A stretch of DNA of 24,000 nucleotides from Microbacterium phage A3Wally: sequence record MZ150783.1, one strand, 5' to 3'. A program made the translations under genes and the position numbers. This document shows positions 8,844-16,928 of this stretch, one piece after another. Under the pieces are notes generated by a model. It was given only the letters and a program-made list of their open reading frames with translations. It ran no database searches and was not told the origin of the DNA. Position 1 is the stretch's first letter, and each line of letters opens with the position of its first letter.

Positions 8844-9281
8844 ATGTACGCTATCTACTTCGAGTTTGCGCGAGAGAGTGATAAGGCCGTCTATCAGTGC
8901 CTCTTCATTCCCGCAACCCCCATCGGGGCCTCCGTGATCCAGCCGACCTTCGGCTACAAGGAGCTGTCCCCCGCCAACCCTCGTCGGGCCTGGAACCTCG
9001 TCTCCAACAACAGCTACGCGCTGGACGGCATCATCGCCGGAGACATGGTTTCACTCATGGACCGCGAGCTGAAGCAGTTCGAAGGTCTCAGCACCTACAT
9101 GACGAGCGTCCTCAGCGACCCGGCATGGAAGACAGTCGGCGCGTTCCCTGTCGAGGTTCTGAGCGGTGACCTGCTCACGCTCAAAGAGAAGAGCACTCGG
9201 ATGCCTCCGCCCCTGAACGCCCGCATCAAGAACCTCCGGAGCCAGAAGGGCTTCCCCGACCTGCCTGGAGCTGCGTCATGA
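8844..9281 (+). CDS. Hypothetical protein
   Basis: GAAGGA Shine-Dalgarno before ATG 8844; ATGA overlap with the AAA+ gene. Confidence 0.7.
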   Translation: MYAIYFEFARESDKAVYQCLFIPATPIGASVIQPTFGYKELSPANPRRAWNLVSNNSYALDGIIAGDMVSLMDRELKQFEGLSTYMTSVLSDPAWKTVGAFPVEVLSGDLLTLKEKSTRMPPPLNARIKNLRSQKGFPDLPGAAS

Positions 9282-10330
9282 CCACCGACTGGGTAACCGA
9301 TGCGGTCACCACCATCAGCGCTGATTTCAGCATGACCAATGGTGGTCGGATCATCACGTCTCTGGCGAACACCGGCTCTCCGAACCGTCAGCTTCTCGCG
9401 AACCTTCTCGCGGCTGCGGTCGGACAGCGCAAGGACACCGACGCTGCCGCATACCTCGCCACCGTGGCGGGCGAGTCGGCAACCATGCCTACCGTGACCG
9501 AGGGTACGACCTCCGGTATCGACCCGAAGCGCCCGGTCCACATCCGCCCGAACGGCGCGCCCTACTACTCCCGTAAGTGGGGAGACATGTGGGACACGGA
9601 CGTGCTGATCAAGGCTCGGGACACCGAGCAGTATGCGATGCTGCTCGGCCCTCCCGGGACCGGTAAGACCGCCATGGCGGAGTCGGCGTTCGGTGCCGAC
9701 CTCATCACCACGGCTGTGACCGGTGACACCATGGTGTCCGGTCTCGTGGGCGGCTACGTGCCGGATGGTCGTGGTGACTACCGCTGGGCCGATGGTCCCC
9801 TGCTCACCGCCGCCAAGGATGGACGACCGATCTTCATCGATGAAATCCTTCTCGCAAACACCACCGTACTTTCGGTGCTGTACCCGGCGATGGACGGTCG
9901 TGGCTTCATCGATGTCCAGGAGAACCCCGAAATCGGTATCGTGCATACTGCTCCGGGCTTCTACGTCATCGGTGCCGGTAACCCGGACGTTCCGGGAGCC
10001 AAGTTCTCCGACGCGCTGAAGTCTCGTTTCCCGCTCCACACGTGGGTTACGACTGACTGGAACCTTGCCAAGGCTCTCGGTGTAGACGCTACCGTGGTCG
10101 AGGTTCTGGAGGGTCTGGAGACCCGCGCACGCAGTACCACGTCGTCTATCTCGTGGGCACCGCAGATGCGAGAGCTGCTGGCATTCAAGAAGGCGCAGGA
10201 CACCTTCGACCGTGACTTCGCGATCCGCAACCTCATGCGCCTGGTCCCCAAGGCGGACCTGGAAGAGGTCACGAGCATCGTGGCTCCGCTGCTGGGCGGA
10301 CTGAGCAAGGTCATCCCCTCGAAGATTTGA
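9278..10330 (+). CDS. MoxR/CbbQ-type AAA+ ATPase
   Basis: Walker A GPPGTGKT, Walker B-like DGRPIFIDEI, GAGNPDVPG sensor-like region, SRF. Confidence 0.85.
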   Translation: MTTDWVTDAVTTISADFSMTNGGRIITSLANTGSPNRQLLANLLAAAVGQRKDTDAAAYLATVAGESATMPTVTEGTTSGIDPKRPVHIRPNGAPYYSRKWGDMWDTDVLIKARDTEQYAMLLGPPGTGKTAMAESAFGADLITTAVTGDTMVSGLVGGYVPDGRGDYRWADGPLLTAAKDGRPIFIDEILLANTTVLSVLYPAMDGRGFIDVQENPEIGIVHTAPGFYVIGAGNPDVPGAKFSDALKSRFPLHTWVTTDWNLAKALGVDATVVEVLEGLETRARSTTSSISWAPQMRELLAFKKAQDTFDRDFAIRNLMRLVPKADLEEVTSIVAPLLGGLSKVIPSKI

Positions 10331-10334
10331 GACC

Positions 10335-10371
10335 CCTGAGGGGAAGCTTCGTCGTTGGACTTCCCCTCAGG
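10335..10371 (+). terminator. Strong 12-bp hairpin, possible terminator without U-tract
   Basis: CCTGAGGGGAAG (10335-10346) / CTTCCCCTCAGG (10360-10371), loop 13 nt, directly before a promoter -35. Confidence 0.55.
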
Positions 10372-10372
10372 C

Positions 10373-10402
10373 TTGACATTCGAACAACGACTCTGCTAGG
10401 CT
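10373..10402 (+). promoter_or_regulatory. Promoter TTGACA-18 nt-TAGGCT
   Basis: TTGACA 10373-10378, TAGGCT 10397-10402, intergenic, upstream of rIIA-like gene. Confidence 0.8.
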
Positions 10403-10448
10403 GTAGATACGGCACAGGAAGTGCCCACAACGACACGAAGGAACACTC

Positions 10449-12638
10449 TTGAAGCTTGCAACGAACACTGTAGAGGTCCAGTCGAACATGGTGTTCGATG
10501 AGACGTTCAAGGTCGGAATCGCAGACGGTGACGAGGCTGTGGCCATGATCATCGAGCGCCTGATCAGCACGTACAAGAACCCGTACCGTGCCGCGCTCCG
10601 CGAGTACACGTCCAACGCCTACGATGAGCACATCCAGGCGGGCGTCTCCAAGCCGGTCGAGGTCACCCTCCCGGACTCCATGTCCCCCGTCCTCACCGTG
10701 CAGGACTTCGGTCGCGGCCTCAGCCGTGAGCAACTGAAGGGCTTCGGCACCATCGGTCTGTCCACCAAGCGCGACTCGAACGAGACCACGGGCGGCTTCG
10801 GTATGGGGTCCAAGTGTGCTCTCGCCGCCTCCCCCACGTTCACGGTCATGTCCGTCCAGAACGGCATCCGCAACACGGTCGTCATCGCCCGTGATGAGAA
10901 CAACTTCCCGCACATGAACTTCCTCCCTGAGGTCGAGACCGACGACGAGTCGGGCACCACGGTCACCGTGCCGATTTCCGACATCAGCAAGTTCGGGGAC
11001 CTGACCAACTTCTGGCTCGGCTGGAAGCCGGGATCGATCCTCGTCAACGGCGAGCAGCCCAAGGCCACGATCTACGATGAGACCCGATACCGCGAGGTCC
11101 GTGGCGGCTACGGCTGGGTGGACCTCAACAACGTCCCCTCGGGCCGTGACGACATCCGTGTCATGATCAACCAGGTGTACTACGAGCTGGGCTACAAGGA
11201 CCTCGGCCTCACGTACAACCAGTGGAACATCCTGAAGTACTCGATCATCAAGCTCGATAACGGCTCGGTGGAAATCGCCCCCTCGCGTGAGGAGCTGCTG
11301 TACAACGCTCGCACCAAGGCGGCGGTGGCGGAGCGTACCGAGGCCATGCTGAGCCTCGCTGCCGAGTCCTACGCCCAGTCGGTGACGGACGCGCCCGACA
11401 CCAAGACGGCACTCCTGCTGCTCGAAAAGATGAAGAACAATGGCTTCCCGACCGAGGGCATCAAGTTCCAGGGTCGATCCATCGCGCTTCCCGGCACCGA
11501 GCTTCGGGGCAACCGTGTCCCGAACCCGTACGGTACGTGGGCCACGCCTCTGCGCGACTACAAGTCCAAGTCGGGCTGGCGCGTGGACAAGGAGTTCCGT
11601 GAGCTGTCGGCGGGCCGCATCTGGCAGAACACCGACGCGCGCAAGTTCGTCATCGTGCACAGCGCGGGCGCGCCGACCTCGTACGGCACCTACAACAACC
11701 GTCAGGCGCACCGTGAGGCGTTCGGTGTCGGTGAGTACCTGAGCACCATCGACAACGCTCGCCACTCGGGCTGGGACTTCTTCATCACGGACCTGCCTGC
11801 GCTGAAGGTCAACCGTCACTACCGTGACATGGCGGACATCATCATTTCCGCTGACGACTTCAACGTCATCGTCAAGGCCGTTCGTGCCGAGGCGGCGAAG
11901 GCGGCTCGTGACGCCCGCAAGGACGCGCAGGGCAAGACCAAGCTCCGCGTGGTGCACAACTTCAGCACCTACGACACGTCCGACGTGTACGAGTGGGAGG
12001 CCAAGCACATCAAGGACAACTACGACTACGTGATCTTCCTCCGCAACCAGGCGGGCGGTCTCCAGGAAACCCTGCGTGACAACCTTCTCACGAAGATGTA
12101 TCACAACGGCAACCGGAACTACGCGCTCGGTCAGTTCATCCGCAAGTTCAACGTCGCCCTCGTTCTGCTCAACAAGAACGACAAGGTGGACGAGCTGCTG
12201 GATGTTCTGCCTCCGGTCACGACCATTCCGGAGCTGGCAATCAAGGACATCAAGTCCCAGAAGCAGAAGGTCACCAAGTGGGACCTCATGGCGCTCCGGG
12301 ACCGCTCCGATGATTCCGTGACCGTCTTCCGCAAGATGGACGACGCGGCCCTCCGCAAGATCAAGAACAAGGAGACGGTCAAGTGGGCAAAGTCTGTTCG
12401 TGATTTCAGCGACCAGACCGCCGCGATCCGCTCCGAGTACGAGTGGCTGGCGAGCATCAACTCTGAGGTTCGGGACGCGCTCGAAGCGACCAAGCCCCTC
12501 CGCGCCACCAAGAAGAGCCTCCCGGACAGCCCGATGAACCGCTACCCCCTGCTCCGCGCTGTGCAGGCCTACAGCGCCCGGACGGATGACGTTCTCGACT
12601 ACATCAACCTTCGGGACAAGGCTCTCGAAAAGGCTTGA
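10449..12638 (+). CDS. rIIA: rIIA-like protein with GHKL-type ATPase N-terminus
   Basis: REYTSNAYDEH, VQDFGRGLS, GGFGMGSKCALA (Bergerat fold motifs); followed by rIIB-like gene. TTG start at 10449 with AAGGA 6 nt upstream. Confidence 0.8.
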   Translation: MKLATNTVEVQSNMVFDETFKVGIADGDEAVAMIIERLISTYKNPYRAALREYTSNAYDEHIQAGVSKPVEVTLPDSMSPVLTVQDFGRGLSREQLKGFGTIGLSTKRDSNETTGGFGMGSKCALAASPTFTVMSVQNGIRNTVVIARDENNFPHMNFLPEVETDDESGTTVTVPISDISKFGDLTNFWLGWKPGSILVNGEQPKATIYDETRYREVRGGYGWVDLNNVPSGRDDIRVMINQVYYELGYKDLGLTYNQWNILKYSIIKLDNGSVEIAPSREELLYNARTKAAVAERTEAMLSLAAESYAQSVTDAPDTKTALLLLEKMKNNGFPTEGIKFQGRSIALPGTELRGNRVPNPYGTWATPLRDYKSKSGWRVDKEFRELSAGRIWQNTDARKFVIVHSAGAPTSYGTYNNRQAHREAFGVGEYLSTIDNARHSGWDFFITDLPALKVNRHYRDMADIIISADDFNVIVKAVRAEAAKAARDARKDAQGKTKLRVVHNFSTYDTSDVYEWEAKHIKDNYDYVIFLRNQAGGLQETLRDNLLTKMYHNGNRNYALGQFIRKFNVALVLLNKNDKVDELLDVLPPVTTIPELAIKDIKSQKQKVTKWDLMALRDRSDDSVTVFRKMDDAALRKIKNKETVKWAKSVRDFSDQTAAIRSEYEWLASINSEVRDALEATKPLRATKKSLPDSPMNRYPLLRAVQAYSARTDDVLDYINLRDKALEKA

Positions 12639-12664
12639 CAACACAACTGAACACCTGCTAGACT
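12635..12664 (+). promoter_or_regulatory. Promoter TTGACA-18 nt-TAGACT
   Basis: TTGACA 12635-12640 contains the stop codon of the rIIA-like gene; TAGACT 12659-12664; AAGGAAG then ATG 12696. Confidence 0.8.
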
Positions 12665-12695
12665 GACAACAATCCCAACCGAAAGGAAGAGCCAC

Positions 12696-13790
12696 ATGGC
12701 TTTCTTCAACATCACGTCCAGCGCAGAAGGTTCCGGTGCAACGGTCTTCTTCGCGGACGGCACGACCGAGACGGTTGCCTCTGACAACCCGATCTTCGAG
12801 CAGGTCCGCGATGGACTTCTCGATGGTTCGCTCTCCGACGAGGAGCTGCTGAACCTGATCGCCCCGTTCAAGGCGATCTACAAGAAGCTGACCAAGCTCT
12901 CCGAGCGTGTGTCCCGTAAGGGCATGCGTCTGTACTTCGATGGTGATGCGGTGGCCCACCGCCTCGCAGAGCACATCATCGCGGTTATGGACGGTGGAGC
13001 CGACCAGCGTGAAATCGATGCGTGGCTGAAGTTCTGGGAGAAGGCGGCAACCAACCCGTCCCTCGCCAGCCAGGACGAGCTGTTCATCTTCGTCACGAAG
13101 CACGGCGTGTCGATCACCCCCGAGGGTGACGCGGTGCTCTACAAGGGCGTCCGTGCGGACTTCCTGTCCAGCCACGCCGGTCCCGGCATCGTCAACGGCG
13201 AGGAGTTCGAGCACGCGAACCTCCCCAACCACGTCGGCAACGTCGTGGAAATGGGTCGCTCGCGCGTCGATGACAACCGCCGCAAGGAGTGCTCCAACGG
13301 TCTCCACGTCGGTGACTACAGCTACGCGAGCACCTTCGCGGCCAAGCTGCTCACCGTCCTCGTCAACCCGCGTGACGTGGTGTCGGTCCCCTACGACGAG
13401 AACGACCGGAAGATTCGCGTCTGCCGCTACATCGTTCTCGAAGAGAACACCGGCAAGTACACCGAGACGGTTCTCGACAAGTTCTCCACCGCCGCACCCG
13501 CGCCGGTCGAGGATGAGCCGGAGGCCGTCGAGGACGAGACCGAAGAGGCACCCGCCGATGAGGCCGAGGTCGAGTACGAGGCCCCTGCGGACGCCGCTGA
13601 GGTCATCGCCGCCGTCTTCGACACCAAGGCGAAGTACCCCGAGGGATCGCGTGTCCCCGAGTACATCAAGCTGATCCGCTCTGGCGGCGCAGGGACCAAC
13701 CTGAAGCGCTACCGCAACAAGAGCGTGACGGCGGGTCGCCGTGCTGAATTCGATGAGGCGGTCGCCGCCCTCGGACTTCAGTACTCCTGA
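12696..13790 (+). CDS. rIIB: rIIB-like protein
   Basis: Position after the rIIA-like gene; FVTKHGVSITPEGDAVLYKGVR, CSNGLHVGDYSYASTF, VVSVPYDENDRKIRVCRY typical of phage RIIB-like proteins. Confidence 0.8.
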   Translation: MAFFNITSSAEGSGATVFFADGTTETVASDNPIFEQVRDGLLDGSLSDEELLNLIAPFKAIYKKLTKLSERVSRKGMRLYFDGDAVAHRLAEHIIAVMDGGADQREIDAWLKFWEKAATNPSLASQDELFIFVTKHGVSITPEGDAVLYKGVRADFLSSHAGPGIVNGEEFEHANLPNHVGNVVEMGRSRVDDNRRKECSNGLHVGDYSYASTFAAKLLTVLVNPRDVVSVPYDENDRKIRVCRYIVLEENTGKYTETVLDKFSTAAPAPVEDEPEAVEDETEEAPADEAEVEYEAPADAAEVIAAVFDTKAKYPEGSRVPEYIKLIRSGGAGTNLKRYRNKSVTAGRRAEFDEAVAALGLQYS

Positions 13791-13800
13791 TCCAACGAAA

Positions 13801-13833
13801 AGGCCCGGTGCACATTGTGCGCCGGGTCTTTTT
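13801..13833 (+). terminator. Rho-independent terminator
   Basis: CCCGGTGCAC-ATT-GTGCGCCGGG hairpin (13804-13826) followed by TCTTTTT. Confidence 0.85.
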
Positions 13834-13843
13834 CGTGTAAGCT
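13815..13843 (+). promoter_or_regulatory. Putative leaderless promoter TTGTGC-17 nt-TAAGCT, overlapping the terminator
   Basis: TAAGCT 13838-13843, agttgt, ATG 13850; weak -35 TTGTGC 13815-13820 in the terminator hairpin. Confidence 0.4.
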
Positions 13844-13849
13844 AGTTGT

Positions 13850-14545
13850 ATGCACCTTGTCTATTACCTCCAGAATCCAGGCGAGGAATTTCGCTACTCT
13901 CTCCGCTCCGCCGCAGCGCACGCCGACGTAGATCGGGTGACGGTAATCGGTGACGCGCCGAGCTGGCTGAAGAAGGCCAAGGTTCTCGATGGGAACCCCA
14001 CCGCTAACGCGCACATCAACTCCGTAGCCAACGCCCACATTGCAGCTCGGGCTTTCCGTGACGATTTCGTCATGATGAATGACGACTTCTACTTCCTGCG
14101 GGACATCACCGAGCCGATCCCGCTGTGGTACTTCCGCTCCATGACGCAGCACATGGGCCTCTACACCGATCCTCGTAGCGCGCAGTGGAAGAAGCTCTAC
14201 ATGGACACCACGAAGTACCTCACCGACAAGCGCGTGATGATGCCCAAGAGCTTCGAGCTGCACATCCCGATGCAGGTCAACGGGGTCGAGCTGGACCAGG
14301 TGCTGACCGCTTCTGCCAGCGATCACCGCCTTGCCGGTCCCGGGCTGTGGCGCTCGATCTACGGGAATCTCGCTCCGAGCCTCCAGCATCGGGTGGCTGT
14401 GAAGCGTGAAGACGTGAAGGTTCATTCCGCCGCAGCCTTTGAATCCATGGTAGACTTTGCCTCAACGGATGAAAAGACGATGAAGAACATCCTGCCGATT
14501 CTCCGGGAACGGTTCCCGGAACGATCCCCCTGGGAGAAGCGATGA
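13850..14545 (+). CDS. Stealth-like glycosyltransferase/phosphotransferase
   Basis: YYLQN.GEEFRYSLRSAAAH...VTVIGDAP start, central FVMMNDDFYFLRDI resembling the NDD motif of Stealth family proteins. Confidence 0.5.
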   Translation: MHLVYYLQNPGEEFRYSLRSAAAHADVDRVTVIGDAPSWLKKAKVLDGNPTANAHINSVANAHIAARAFRDDFVMMNDDFYFLRDITEPIPLWYFRSMTQHMGLYTDPRSAQWKKLYMDTTKYLTDKRVMMPKSFELHIPMQVNGVELDQVLTASASDHRLAGPGLWRSIYGNLAPSLQHRVAVKREDVKVHSAAAFESMVDFASTDEKTMKNILPILRERFPERSPWEKR

Positions 14546-14751
14546 AGGTTTCGACTCGTGAAGAGGCTCTAGCTGCGGAGCTATACACCCACGATATGGG
14601 TATGCACCAGGGAGAATATGTCCCATGGCGTGATCAGATCGATCATGTCAAGAACAGCTACCGCCGTCAAGCCTCTAAGGTGGTAAACACTCGCTGGTTC
14701 AAGCAGCAGCTTCAAGAAGCTCGAACAGGGCTGGTGTTTCACGACGTATGA
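14542..14751 (+). CDS. Hypothetical protein
   Basis: GGGAG Shine-Dalgarno; ATGA-type overlaps with both neighbours. Confidence 0.65.
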   Translation: MKVSTREEALAAELYTHDMGMHQGEYVPWRDQIDHVKNSYRRQASKVVNTRWFKQQLQEARTGLVFHDV

Positions 14752-15134
14752 AGCGCATTCTGATAACCGGTTCCCGTGAATGGGAGGATCGAAACGTAAT
14801 CCATCGGGCTATTTCTGAATGGGTCCGTGACAATGTGCCTCAGAATGAGGTCACGATTCTCGTTCATGGGGACGCCTCCCGAGGAGCCGACCGGCATGCG
14901 CGAGACTTCGCCCGGGCCATGTGGTGGCTAGAGGAGGAGCCGCACCCGGCTGACTGGTCCTGGGGCACAGGCGCGGGAATGCATCGCAACCAGGATATGG
15001 TTGATCTAGGTGCGGATGTGTGCCTAGCGTTCATCCGTGGCAAGAGCAAGGGCACGAGAGATTGTGCTGATAAGGCGGCAAAAGCGGGCATCCCCGTGAT
15101 CCGTCATGTTGACAATGTGACTGATGAGACATAA
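14748..15134 (+). CDS. SLOG-superfamily (YspA/cpYpsA-like, DUF2493-type) protein
   Basis: MKRILITGSREWEDRNVI...VHGDASRGADRHARDFA...RNQDMVDLGADVCLAFIRGKSKGTRDCADKA Rossmann-like motifs. Confidence 0.75.
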   Translation: MKRILITGSREWEDRNVIHRAISEWVRDNVPQNEVTILVHGDASRGADRHARDFARAMWWLEEEPHPADWSWGTGAGMHRNQDMVDLGADVCLAFIRGKSKGTRDCADKAAKAGIPVIRHVDNVTDET

Positions 15135-15137
15135 GCT
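15109..15137 (+). promoter_or_regulatory. Promoter TTGACA-17 nt-TAAGCT
   Basis: TTGACA 15109-15114, TAAGCT 15132-15137; overlaps end of SLOG gene. Confidence 0.7.
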
Positions 15138-15172
15138 GATCACTCCTGCAACAACACTAGGAGTACAGCTTG

Positions 15173-15568
15173 ATGCCCTTCAGCACCGAAACAAAGGTGG
15201 AAACCGTGACCTCTGAGAACTACATCGACGTGAAGTACGAGTACTTCGGCCTTCCCAACGACGACGGTCTCCGACTTCGCACCCGTGATGTGTGGTTCGC
15301 CACGAAGCCGACCGTCCCCGAGTTCCATGTCGTGGACAAGGACGACAAGCCCCTGCCTGAGTACGAGACCAACGTGGACACCGCGTGGTCCATCGGCAAG
15401 GCGGGGCAGATGAATTTCATCATCTGTGACGTGGACGACATCAACGGGCTGCGCGCCCTTCTCGATGCACTGGAGCACGACTTCGAGCGCCGCGCCATGG
15501 AGGAGCTGCTGCGCGATGACGCCGAAGAGAACGAATCCGAGCTTGACAGCGAGGACGACGACGAGTAG
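15173..15568 (+). CDS. Acidic hypothetical protein
   Basis: AGGAG upstream; ATG 15173 or TTG 15170; very acidic C-terminus (DDAEENESELDSEDDDE). Confidence 0.7.
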   Translation: MPFSTETKVETVTSENYIDVKYEYFGLPNDDGLRLRTRDVWFATKPTVPEFHVVDKDDKPLPEYETNVDTAWSIGKAGQMNFIICDVDDINGLRALLDALEHDFERRAMEELLRDDAEENESELDSEDDDE

Positions 15569-15571
15569 AGT
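15543..15571 (+). promoter_or_regulatory. Leaderless promoter TTGACA-17 nt-TAGAGT upstream of the PRPP synthetase-like gene
   Basis: TTGACA 15543-15548, TAGAGT 15566-15571, cgtagc, ATG 15578. Confidence 0.75.
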
Positions 15572-15577
15572 CGTAGC

Positions 15578-16489
15578 ATGACTCTTCACTTCCAAGCCAA
15601 GGTCGAGCAGGGCTTCACTGTCCACTCGCCTCTCCAGCCTCTCGTCTTCCCTGACGGGGCGGTACACATCAAGGGTGCCGACAGCTCTCAGGAGTATCAG
15701 TACCAGATCGCGGACGTGCGTGGCATGAGCCATGACGACCTGTTCACGCTCGCCATGTGGGCGGACGCTGTGGACGACCGCGAAGAGAAGAAGGTACTTC
15801 TTCTGCCGTACCTGCCGGGTGCACGCATGGACCGTGGTGTGCCGACCGGCGCGTTCGTCTATGCCGACTTCATCCACACCATGATCCGTCCGGATCAGAT
15901 CGTCACCCTCGATCCGCACTCGGAGGCGGCGCTCCAGTTCTACCTGGATGACTCGGAGACGAGCGTCAAGGTCTTCCCCGTCGAGCGCATCATCCGCAGC
16001 CGCGTCCAGGACCCGTCCACGGACTCCAAGGCGAACTACACCTACCAGGGCGTCATCGCTCCGGACAAGGGCGCTCACGACCGTGCTGCGGCTGCTGCGA
16101 AGGTCATGGGGAACCTGCCGGTGTACACGGGCGGCAAGACCCGCGACTTCGACACCGGCAAGATTCTCGGCTTCCACATGGAGGACGAGCTGCCCGATGA
16201 GGGACGCTTCCTGATCGTGGATGACATCTGCGATGGTGGCGGAACCTTCCTCGCTCTCGCTGAGGCGACCGGACTCCCGAAGGAGCGCCTGGACCTCTGG
16301 GTCACCCACGGCATCTTCTCGAAGGGTCTGAGCGGACTGCGCCAGCACTTCGGCGTGGTACACACCACCAACTCGTTCTACGCCGAGGACGGTGACGGTA
16401 AGATCGCCGGTACCGGATTCAACGCGGACCCTGATTTCGTCAAGGTCCACGACATCACGGCGGCACTCCACGGGGAAATCTCGCTGTGA
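15578..16489 (+). CDS. prs: Ribose-phosphate pyrophosphokinase-like (PRPP synthetase)
   Basis: LLPYLPGARMDRG (cf. YxPYxRxDR), VTLDPHSEAALQFY, and the PRPP-binding-loop-like FLIVDDICDGGGTF. Confidence 0.85.
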   Translation: MTLHFQAKVEQGFTVHSPLQPLVFPDGAVHIKGADSSQEYQYQIADVRGMSHDDLFTLAMWADAVDDREEKKVLLLPYLPGARMDRGVPTGAFVYADFIHTMIRPDQIVTLDPHSEAALQFYLDDSETSVKVFPVERIIRSRVQDPSTDSKANYTYQGVIAPDKGAHDRAAAAAKVMGNLPVYTGGKTRDFDTGKILGFHMEDELPDEGRFLIVDDICDGGGTFLALAEATGLPKERLDLWVTHGIFSKGLSGLRQHFGVVHTTNSFYAEDGDGKIAGTGFNADPDFVKVHDITAALHGEISL

Positions 16490-16683
16490 AAAAGACCCTT
16501 CGAGACTACCGATACCCGATCTATCTCGGTCTGATCTTCGTGGCGGCGATCCTCATCTGGATTTTCTTCGGCATCCCCTACCTGAATGAGTGCGCTGAGC
16601 GTGGCGGGTTCATGTTCGGAGGCAAGTCGAACTGGTGCTGGACCCCGGACGGAATCCTCTGGCCCTGGGAAATCTACAACTAA
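16486..16683 (+). CDS. Small membrane protein
   Basis: GTG start overlapping the prs stop; one hydrophobic segment YLGLIFVAAILIWIFFGIPY. Confidence 0.6.
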   Translation: MKKTLRDYRYPIYLGLIFVAAILIWIFFGIPYLNECAERGGFMFGGKSNWCWTPDGILWPWEIYN

Positions 16684-16691
16684 GGAATGAC

Positions 16692-16856
16692 ATGACTACT
16701 GCTGACGACCTGACCGCCAACGCATACCTGAAGCTGCGTGACAAGGTGGCAGAAACCCTGAGCGACCACGGAGCGCACGTCTACTCCCGAGAGTCCGCCG
16801 AGCGCCTGATCCAGGCCGGGTACATCAACATCGACGCGGTGCTGAACCTTCCCTGA
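16692..16856 (+). CDS. Hypothetical 54-aa protein (MTTADDLTANAYLKLRDKVAETLSDHGAHVYSRESAERLIQAGYINIDAVLNLP)
   Basis: AAGGA before ATG 16692; the track lists this frame from 16635. Confidence 0.55.
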   Translation: MTTADDLTANAYLKLRDKVAETLSDHGAHVYSRESAERLIQAGYINIDAVLNLP

Positions 16857-16860
16857 GGTC

Positions 16861-16890
16861 TTGACATGAAGACCTTCTCCGGTGTAGACT
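16861..16890 (+). promoter_or_regulatory. Promoter TTGACA-18 nt-TAGACT upstream of the NAMPT gene
   Basis: TTGACA 16861-16866, TAGACT 16885-16890; GAAAGG then GTG 16929. Confidence 0.8.
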
Positions 16891-16928
16891 GGCACCAAGA
16901 CGAACGACCAACGACAGAAAGGCTCACT

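Noticed and set aside
10311-13307. 998-aa open frame on the minus strand
   Set aside because: It is antisense to the well-supported rIIA-like and rIIB-like genes, with low-complexity Val/Arg/Asp/Gly composition expected from the complement of GC-rich codons. No recognisable motifs.
15140-16471. 443-aa open frame on the minus strand
   Set aside because: Mirror of the acidic ORF and the PRPP synthetase-like gene; no motifs, no convincing start signals.
16866-16928. Listed ATG start (16866) of the NAMPT ORF
   Set aside because: It lies inside the TTGACA-18-TAGACT promoter. GTG 16929 has a good Shine-Dalgarno and begins the conserved part.
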